Below, piece after piece: positions 32,337-39,818 of a stretch of 46,844 nucleotides of DNA. The DNA is from an uncultured Chthonomonadaceae bacterium (lineage in GTDB: Bacteria > Armatimonadota > Chthonomonadetes > Chthonomonadales > Chthonomonadaceae): NCBI GenBank assembly GCA_963835065.1, contig CAWIEK010000026.1, positions 1 through 46,844 on the forward strand, given 5' to 3'. Below the pieces are notes generated by a model. It was not told the DNA's origin, ran no database searches, and saw only the letters and a program-made list of their open reading frames with translations. How positions within the stretch are numbered: position 1 is the stretch's first letter; the number at the start of each line of letters is the position of its first letter. Position numbers and translations under genes: made by a program.

Positions 32337-34197
32337 CTATTCCACTTCTTCCAAAGACGGTTCATGCGCGGATTTGCTTTGGCGCGGTGTGCGCTGCCAA
32401 TGCCAGGCAACGCTCCAGAGAACGGTGTAGTAAGCGCAGATCATCCAGACGGGCGGAGAAGACACCGGAACCGAGGCATACGGCGCGTGGGAACAGGCGC
32501 GTACGACGTTAATCACCCATTCCAACAGGACGTCCAGCAGTCTGTCGAGCGGCAAGGCAAATAAAGCGGTCAGCGAACCGAGCAGGGCTGCGCCGAAGCC
32601 CAATGGGATTATCAAAGCGATTACCGGTACAACCAGCGTGTTGGCGGCAATCCCGATCAGCGACACAGAGTTGAAATAGTATGCGACGAGGGGCATGGCT
32701 CCCAACTGCGCGGTGAGGGCGAGGAAGAAGCAGGCATAGAGGGTTTGTATGCCCTTCCGCAGCCGCGACGCTCCGGGCCAATGATCGGGAATGTTTTTGC
32801 CCGCGTCGGTAATGCGCTCCCTTGCAAGCGGCATCAGAATTACAAGCGTCGTCACGGTGGCAAAGGAAAGCTGGAACCCCGGTTCAAACAAATTCTGCGG
32901 ATTATACGCCAGCAGGATGAACCCGGCAAGAGCGAGCGTGTTGGGCAAATCCGGCTCCCGTTCCAGCAGCAGGCCGAACAAAACCACGCTTGCCATCAGC
33001 GCGGCCCGAACTATGGAAGGACGCCCGCCCGCCATCAAGGCGTACAGCACCAACAGCGCCATTGTTATCAGCAGGGCGGGCCTGTGGGCAAAGCGGGCAA
33101 AGCGCAGGCAGCCGAGCAGCAGGACAACCACCATGCCGACATGTAGCCCCGCCGTTGCCAGAATGTGGGATGTGCCGGTACGCTCGAAATCCACGTTCAG
33201 CGCGGGCGGCAGGTCGCCCCGGTCGCCAAGCAGGATGCCGTTCAAGCGCCGCGCCGCGTTCCCGTGTCATGCGCTTGTCTGCCATGCCGTAAAATGGATG
33301 CTCGCAGCCGCAGCGCGAGAGTCAGCAACGGGTTTTGCAATTCTGACAGCGTTTGCGTATCCGTGACGCGCTTCCAGTCCGCATACCGCCGGGCGGTAAC
33401 GGTGGCATAAATGCCGCGCCGACGCAGGTACGCGGCATAATCGAAATCACCCGGATTACGGGCGGAAACAGGGCGTTCCAATCGCCCGCGCAGCAGCAGC
33501 GCGTCGCCATAATGCGGCATATCCGGTTCAGGAGTCGGCGGTATTTCTCCTTGCGAAGTCCTGTGGGGAAGTGGAGGAAGTCAAACTGCCCTTTCCCTGC
33601 TTTGCTGACGATTGCGGCTTGCAGGTCCATGCGCATCGGCAGTACCGGAGCCAGGGGAATACGCGCCTGCACCTGTCCCGAAACCGCAATTACTCGCGTC
33701 CCTAAACCACCTGCTTCGTTTGCAGATGTTTGCCTGCTCTGCTCCTGAACATTCCTCCGGCCATTCTCCTGTGTACTCCCGCCACTATCGTCCTGCGCAG
33801 CGTTTTGAACATCATTCTGAATATCATTTTGGAGAACGATGCCGCGCGTGTTCAGCGTGAACTGACCATTGGCCGGATAGCCAGGGCGGGCATTCGGCGT
33901 CACCCGCACTTCCGAATCTACCGTGCCGATCAGGGTCACATACGCGGGCGCGGAATGGGATACATCTGTCGTAGCAACCAGCGTGGTAATTAGATAGCGT
34001 CCCGCGCCGAATAATACAAATGTACACGCAAACAGCAGGGTTCCCCATAACGTTCTTCGCGTTATGGCAAAACACGCCGCCAACAACACCGTCATACCCA
34101 AAACCACGCCGACACACGGCACACTATACGCGGCCAGGCCAATGCCTACCACGAAAGCCAGCGCTATACAGACCAGGGGGCGGGAGGAAAGCATCAT
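32337..34197 (-). CDS. comEC: ComEC/Rec2 competence channel (frameshifted; no C-terminal MBL domain)
   Basis: ARNPGDFDYAAYL, FERTGTSHILATAGLHVG, PSIVRAALM, GFQLSF, ANTLVVP across ORFs 33322-34197, 33242-33520 and 32337-33245. Confidence 0.92.
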
Positions 34198-34205
34198 TTA
34201 GTAAC

Positions 34206-34297
34206 CAGGTATTGGGTGTCGGGTATCGGGTGTTGGGTGTCGGGACAATGCACCTAATGAACGAAGTCTTTTCCCGACACCCAACACCCGATACCCT
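34206..34297. repeat. Inverted heptamer-repeat hairpin
   Basis: ggtattg-ggtgtcg-ggtatcg-ggtgttg-ggtgtcggga ... tcccgacacccaacacccgataccc. Confidence 0.8.
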
Positions 34298-34299
34298 TC

Positions 34300-34917
34300 C
34301 TACGTATTCAACCGGCAATGCGGACAAATCGCATACTCCGTTTTGTGGGCGGCGGAGCAGCGGGGGCATAATTTCCAGCCGTGTTCCATGCGCCAGTGGC
34401 GGAGTTTGGCTTCCTGAGTCATGCGGTTGGCAATGGCGGTACGGATGCGGTCATCTTCGATGGTGAACAGTTTTTCCAGGCGGGCGCGGAGTTCCGCCCG
34501 TTCGCCCGGCTCCAGGATAATCGCGGCCAGTTCCTCGCCGGTTGGAGCGTCCGGTTCCGGTTCCGGTTTGGCCTGCCGCGTCAAGCCCTGCGCCTTGAAC
34601 ACGATTTCGGTAATCACTTTGCCGCCCAGCATCCGATTGAGGTTTTGCAGCAGGCGGGCTTTGTGCAGGGTCAGTTCGTGCGACCAGACGGAACTTTTGG
34701 TACGCACGAACAGAACGCCGTCGCGCACGGCATCGGCTTCCGTAGCCGCCGCCGCCTGCGCCCCGACTGCCCTCGCCCAATACGCCAGAGCCAGGCTTTC
34801 ATGGATTTGGCCTGCCGAGTCCATGCCGCCGATCACGTTTTGCAGCAGGGCGGACATGGGATGATTGCCGCGCATGGTTGGCGGCACGTAGCCTGCCGGA
34901 TTCTCCTCATGCCGCAT
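34300..34917 (-). CDS. dciA: DciA (DUF721) helicase-loading protein with C-terminal Zn-ribbon
   Basis: W..AVG..A..T....VRDGVLFVRTKSSVWSHEL......LL..LN; CPRC..CPHC; directly downstream of recF. Confidence 0.85.
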   Translation of the reverse strand: MRHEENPAGYVPPTMRGNHPMSALLQNVIGGMDSAGQIHESLALAYWARAVGAQAAAATEADAVRDGVLFVRTKSSVWSHELTLHKARLLQNLNRMLGGKVITEIVFKAQGLTRQAKPEPEPDAPTGEELAAIILEPGERAELRARLEKLFTIEDDRIRTAIANRMTQEAKLRHWRMEHGWKLCPRCSAAHKTEYAICPHCRLNT

Positions 34918-36724
34918 CTGGCGTTTGGACGGCTTCAGGGGTGGTTTCCTGACCGGATTTGGCTGCGGCATGTCGGCCTGATGGTCGGCTTGATTCCCGG
35001 ACTCGTTTTCGGGCGGGTTTTGGTTCCGGCTCGGCGCTGACTTCGATATTTGCGGTTGTGGTTGGTTCTTGATCGGGTTCACTGTTTTCGGGTTTGCTGT
35101 TTGCTGCGCTGTTTGGTTCGGCATTTGTTAGTTCGGTGTCTGCTTTGGCTGTTAATTCCGTTTGCGGCGTCTCAACTGTGTTTGGCTCAACTTTGCTTAG
35201 TTTAATGGCGCTTGGTTCCGTAACGGCAACTTTGTCACTGTTTTTTGGTTTGGCTGTTGGCTTGATGTCGGGTATGACAGTTCCCGCTGACACTTGGAAC
35301 GTCGCCGCGTCCTGCAAAATCTCTTTGGGGAACGCGCGCAGGCTGGTGCAGGTGATGAACGTTTGCCCCCGGTCGCGTATCCAGTCCAGCAGGTGCTTGC
35401 GGCGGGCGTCGTCCAGGTCGCTCATCACGTCGTCGAGCAGCAGCACGGGCGGTTCGCCGACATACTCTTCGATCAGGCGAAATTCCGCCAGTTTCAGCGA
35501 CAGGGCGACGGTGCGCTGTTGTCCCTGCGAGCCGTAAATGCGGGCGTCCGCGCCGTTGATGAAAAAACATAGATCGTCGCGCTGCGGGCCGAGCAGCGTT
35601 GTGCCTCTGCGGGCTTCCTCGTACCCCACTGCCGCTAATTGGGCGTGAAACGCTTTTGCGACGCGCTCTGTGGCGCTGAGAGCCGATTCCGGGGCATTGC
35701 TGTTGCCGTTTCTGCCTGCCACTTCGCCGGAAGGAAAGGCGACTGTGGGAGTAACACTCTTGTCTTCCGCCTGCGCCGCCTGCTGCGCTTCGGCCAGGTA
35801 GCGGTCTTCGGCATTAGTTTCGCGCACAACCTGTGCGGTTCCTGCCGGATTTACTTCTGCCGGGTTTGAATTTGCCTGAACTGCTTCCGCCGCGTTTAAC
35901 TCTGCCGTATTTACGCCGTTTGCCTGCGCAGAATGTTCATTTTCATTCGCAGAATTTGCAGAGGAAGATGCCGCGCCGGATGTGGGCAGGGGCTGAACCG
36001 TCACATCGGGAACCGCATCGGGCAATTTGAAACTGGGCTGGTAGCGGATTTCCAGCGTTTCCCTGCCGTCCGTGAGTTCCCGATGGATTTGCGCGGCCAG
36101 GGGCATCAGCCGCTCGATGTAAAAGCGGCGGGTTTCCAACAGGGGAGCGCCGTAGCGCACAAGCTGTTCCGTCCATGTGTCCAATCCAAGTTCCGCCGGT
36201 GGGCGCGGACGGTCGCGCAGGTCGCGCAATAAGCGGTTCCGCTGCTGCAAAACGCGCTTGTAGTGCCCCAGGTTGACCACATAGCGCGGGCTGATCTGCG
36301 ATATTTCCACGTTGAGATAGTGGCGGCGATCCGTTGGTTCCCCGGTGACGATGTGCAAATCCAGCGCGCCGAAGAAAACCGCGTTGAACTGCCCAAGCAG
36401 ATCAATCACGCGCTCCCGCTTCATGCCGTTGACACGAACCGCTTTTTTGTCGCCCTGAAACACGCTGACTTGCAGTTCCGCGTCACCTTCGCGTTCCCGA
36501 TCCACTTCCGCCGTGACGTGGGCGATTTCCTCATTTTGCAAAATCAGTTCGGACTCGCGGCTTGCCCGCAGGGAGCGCGTTGTCGCCAGCAGCCATAAGG
36601 CTTCCAGCACATTGCTTTTGCCCTGCGCATTGGCTCCGTACAGGATATTTAATCCCCCTGCAGGTTTCAAATCCAATTCCCGATAATTGCGAAAGTGGGT
36701 CAGTTTCAACTGGCAAACGCGCAT
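34907..36724 (-). CDS. recF: DNA replication/repair protein RecF with long insertion and tail
   Basis: FRNY, GANAQGKSNVLEA, GPQRDDL, YGSQGQQRT, PVLLLDDVMSDLD. Confidence 0.96.
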   Translation of the reverse strand: MRVCQLKLTHFRNYRELDLKPAGGLNILYGANAQGKSNVLEALWLLATTRSLRASRESELILQNEEIAHVTAEVDREREGDAELQVSVFQGDKKAVRVNGMKRERVIDLLGQFNAVFFGALDLHIVTGEPTDRRHYLNVEISQISPRYVVNLGHYKRVLQQRNRLLRDLRDRPRPPAELGLDTWTEQLVRYGAPLLETRRFYIERLMPLAAQIHRELTDGRETLEIRYQPSFKLPDAVPDVTVQPLPTSGAASSSANSANENEHSAQANGVNTAELNAAEAVQANSNPAEVNPAGTAQVVRETNAEDRYLAEAQQAAQAEDKSVTPTVAFPSGEVAGRNGNSNAPESALSATERVAKAFHAQLAAVGYEEARRGTTLLGPQRDDLCFFINGADARIYGSQGQQRTVALSLKLAEFRLIEEYVGEPPVLLLDDVMSDLDDARRKHLLDWIRDRGQTFITCTSLRAFPKEILQDAATFQVSAGTVIPDIKPTAKPKNSDKVAVTEPSAIKLSKVEPNTVETPQTELTAKADTELTNAEPNSAANSKPENSEPDQEPTTTANIEVSAEPEPKPARKRVRESSRPSGRHAAAKSGQETTPEAVQTPDAA

Positions 36725-36779
36725 AACGCGAAGCATCTCCGTTCCGAGCATTAACTTAGTATGCACAGTGTACCCGATG

Positions 36780-37530
36780 TTCAGGTGTTCAGGTGTTCAG
36801 GTGTTCGGTATTCGGGCAATCCCTTGTTCCCGTTGGATTGCACATTCAGTTTTCAACAATCCTCAAACATCCTCGAAACATTCCCATTCCCATAGAAGAA
36901 TCCTAAAAGAGATAAAAGTACATATAGAGAATCCGTTATGCTTATTATTAGGGGGGCGTCATTGTTGAAAACTATGGCCTTAGTAGTAAGCGTAACTCCT
37001 AACGTGACTCTGACGTTGAATCAAGTGGAATCAACACAGACTCAGACTCTGACAGTTATCCACAACGCACACGAGTCTACAACTCCTTCTATTACTATGC
37101 CCATAGTTTTTAGCTACTATGGCTATAGTTTTCAACAATCTTTCAACTTTGGAGCCGATTCTCTGTTGAAAACTCGGCAGTTTTCAACAATGGAAGTGTT
37201 GACAGATTCGTTGATTCCGAGTTTTGAGTCCTATTGTTGAAAACTATGCCCATAGTTTTCAACAATTGTTGAAAACTATGGGCATAGTAGTAAATCGTCA
37301 CCTGATAAGTACAAGTTTAACGGTATAAACATAGACCATTTTGGCAGTGGTACTAAAGGAGTCTATAGAGTCGTATGTTGAAAACTATGGGCATAGTAGT
37401 TAAAAATCGTCTAAAAGGCTCCAAAATGTAAGAATCACTCTTGCCGCGCAGGAAGCAAGTTTCCCCCTCTCAACCCGGCATTTTGTTGAAACTGTTGAAA
37501 GTGTTGAAAACTTTGTTGAAAGTTTTGGCG
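36780..37530. other. Putative replication origin (oriC) / DnaA-box cluster
   Basis: AT-rich and non-coding; TTATCCACA at 37056; ten TTTTCAACA copies on both strands; box-GC-rich-TAA trio module at 36971-36936; adjacent to recF-dciA. Confidence 0.7.
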
Positions 37531-37541
37531 CTGGAAAATGG

Positions 37542-39626
37542 TTATAAGCCTGTGCCGGGAATGCCGTTGTGGATGATGACGGGAGGGTCAGGAACACCGG
37601 AGGCTTTGCGGGCGATGCGCTGTTGGCGTACCTGCGCCAGCAGTCCCGGCACGGCATGGGGCGCAACCGCAGGCTCCTTGAACATCTCACCAAACAGGTT
37701 CCAGATGGTATCGTCGAACGCGGAAAGGTCGAAGACCATCACGCCCTGTGTGCTTGCCAGCGCCGCCTGAACCGCTGTTTTCAGTTTCTCCGGTTGCTTG
37801 GCATAATCCGCCACATTCAAGCCGGCGTACACCCACGTTTGATCGTTGGCGGCGCGGTTGGACAATTGTCCGGCGGCTTCAATGGTCGCGCCCGCAGATT
37901 TGCCCGCGCCCAGCGCTTCCGACATAGTGGGCGTGGGATAATAACAGCCGGTTGTGATCCAGTCCGTCAAGCCCGCATAGCCCGTTTTTTGGTACCCCGG
38001 CGTCAGGAAGCGAAACCCGGCGTTGAAATCATCGGCGGCCCAGTTCGCGCCCAGTGCGGCGTAATCGCCATACCACGAGCCGTTGTACGTGCTGACGGTG
38101 GCATTAGGACGAATGGATTTAACGGTAGCCGCCGTTGCTGCCAGCCAGTTGCGCAGGGTGAGCGCGCGCCACGTCAGCCAGGCGTCGTAATACGGGCCGG
38201 GAGTCAGGCGTCGCGCTAATGTGGGAAACGTCATGTCGTAGCGAAACACATCGTCCGGCCACTTCAGGGTTTTACCGCCAAGAACCGGCGCTAAATAGGC
38301 TTCAAACTGCTTGTGCGTGTCGTCGCTGAAATCGGCGTTGATCCCCGCGTAGCGGAAACGGTCATCGAAAATCACGCCGTCAATCTCATAGCGCGTACAC
38401 ACTTCCGCAACCATATCATGGATGCGCTGCTGTACTTCGGCGCGGTGCGGATTGACCATAAGCGGAACCTGCTCCTGCATCTGCGCCATCGGCACGAAAA
38501 CCGGAACCGTATCCAGCGTGAGCGTACCGCCAAGCGGCGCGTTCTGGCGCAGGAACGTCGCGCCCGCGCCCTCCCCAACAAGATACGCCCCCTTCCACGG
38601 CGCGCTGCCCAACAGACTCAGCGCCCCGCCTTCGATGTGCGCGATCACTTTGCCCGTTTCCGCAACCGCAACGGCAAACCCCTCGGAATGTTGTGGCAGG
38701 GTTTTCACATCGGTATAAACCGTAATTTCATCCTTACTGTTCGGAGGATTGTTAAGGCCATTGGGAGTAGTATTCGGGCTGTTGGCATTGTTATCACTGC
38801 CCAAAGCGGAATTGACGCGCTGCGAAACGGCGAAACTCGGACTGCCCGGCGCGCTTGCCCGGATACGCCCTTCCACCGAATACAAAACCGTCTGCCATTC
38901 GGGATGCTGATACCCCGGCCCCTGCTTCTTGACCGTGTTGTTGTCGCCTCGGTGTCCCTCGCTCCACACATTCATGTTGACCACAATTTGCAGGCCGCTT
39001 TGATGGCATTTTGCCACCATATCCGGCAGGGGATCGAAATCGGCGGGAATGGTTCGATCTTTCCATGTCGTCAGTTTGGGCGCGTACTTGCTCGGATACA
39101 GCGTGAACCCGACAATCGGCTTGACATCCAGCACAACGGTATTGAACCCGGCCTTTTTGATCTGCTGCGCGAGCGAAACGATTTTGTCAGGCGTGTTGAT
39201 GGCGTTCATGTTGGCCGTGCCGTCAATCCACAACACGCGCCCCTGCAAATGCCGCGCCCGCGCCGTCTGCTGCGCAATCCCGATGCCGTTGTTGGCTTCA
39301 TCCAATGCAACGGCGGGCAGGTTGGGCAGCGGATTGTAAGCGGCGGCAAGCGCGGCGGGAGGGAGGTTGAGGTGAGCAGGAGTTGGGGGGGTAGATAATG
39401 CTGAGTGATGAGTGATGAGTGCTGAATGGGATTCTGATTCATCACTCAGCATTCCGCATTCCGCATTATCTTCTGTTCCCTGTTCCCTGTTCCCTGTTCC
39501 CTGAGTTGGGTGTTGAGGCATGGCGAAGTTTCCTTGCGCTTGCTGCGCATTGGCAGTCGTAGGGCAGCAAGCGGCGAGTGTAAGCAGGCAGGCAGACACG
39601 GCAGAACAATGGTGTTTTCTTTTCAT
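37542..39626 (-). CDS. Secreted GHL10 (DUF187, family-10-like) glycoside hydrolase
   Basis: GRVLWID, KKAGFNTVVLDVKP, VNPHRAEVQ, RYEIDGVIFDDRFRY; signal peptide. Confidence 0.85.
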   Translation of the reverse strand: MKRKHHCSAVSACLLTLAACCPTTANAQQAQGNFAMPQHPTQGTGNREQGTEDNAECGMLSDESESHSALITHHSALSTPPTPAHLNLPPAALAAAYNPLPNLPAVALDEANNGIGIAQQTARARHLQGRVLWIDGTANMNAINTPDKIVSLAQQIKKAGFNTVVLDVKPIVGFTLYPSKYAPKLTTWKDRTIPADFDPLPDMVAKCHQSGLQIVVNMNVWSEGHRGDNNTVKKQGPGYQHPEWQTVLYSVEGRIRASAPGSPSFAVSQRVNSALGSDNNANSPNTTPNGLNNPPNSKDEITVYTDVKTLPQHSEGFAVAVAETGKVIAHIEGGALSLLGSAPWKGAYLVGEGAGATFLRQNAPLGGTLTLDTVPVFVPMAQMQEQVPLMVNPHRAEVQQRIHDMVAEVCTRYEIDGVIFDDRFRYAGINADFSDDTHKQFEAYLAPVLGGKTLKWPDDVFRYDMTFPTLARRLTPGPYYDAWLTWRALTLRNWLAATAATVKSIRPNATVSTYNGSWYGDYAALGANWAADDFNAGFRFLTPGYQKTGYAGLTDWITTGCYYPTPTMSEALGAGKSAGATIEAAGQLSNRAANDQTWVYAGLNVADYAKQPEKLKTAVQAALASTQGVMVFDLSAFDDTIWNLFGEMFKEPAVAPHAVPGLLAQVRQQRIARKASGVPDPPVIIHNGIPGTGL

Positions 39627-39818
39627 TGGCGCGAATTTCTCCCATTACATTGTACCTGCTTCCTTGCCTTGTGTTGAAAATGGGTCAGTTTGCTCTTCAC
39701 TTGCTCTTCAGAAGCGCGTCCTTTCGCCGAAAATTAAAGCAACCTGCACAAATTGCCGTCAGAGTTGCCCACGATTTGCCGGCTGCTGACAACCGCATTC
39801 GACGAGAAATAGAAGCTA

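Noticed and set aside
148..34197. Mass pseudogenisation or programmed frameshifting (OMT, PIN toxin, dcm, STAND, CHAT, VIT, comEC)
   Set aside because: Isolated single-base indels with otherwise intact motifs are best explained by uncorrected long-read error; this needs polishing to confirm.
35665..36020. Intein in RecF
   Set aside because: Low-complexity sequence lacking the N-terminal C/S block and the C-terminal HN-C/S/T motif.
36938..37240. 100-aa ORF within the origin-like region
   Set aside because: Atypical composition, no RBS, and it consists of the box and palindrome repeats.
36961..37400. CRISPR array from the ~26-bp TTGTTGAAAACTATGGGCATAGTAGT repeats
   Set aside because: Spacing is irregular, orientation alternates, copies overlap and there are no cas genes in the window; a DnaA-box cluster fits better.
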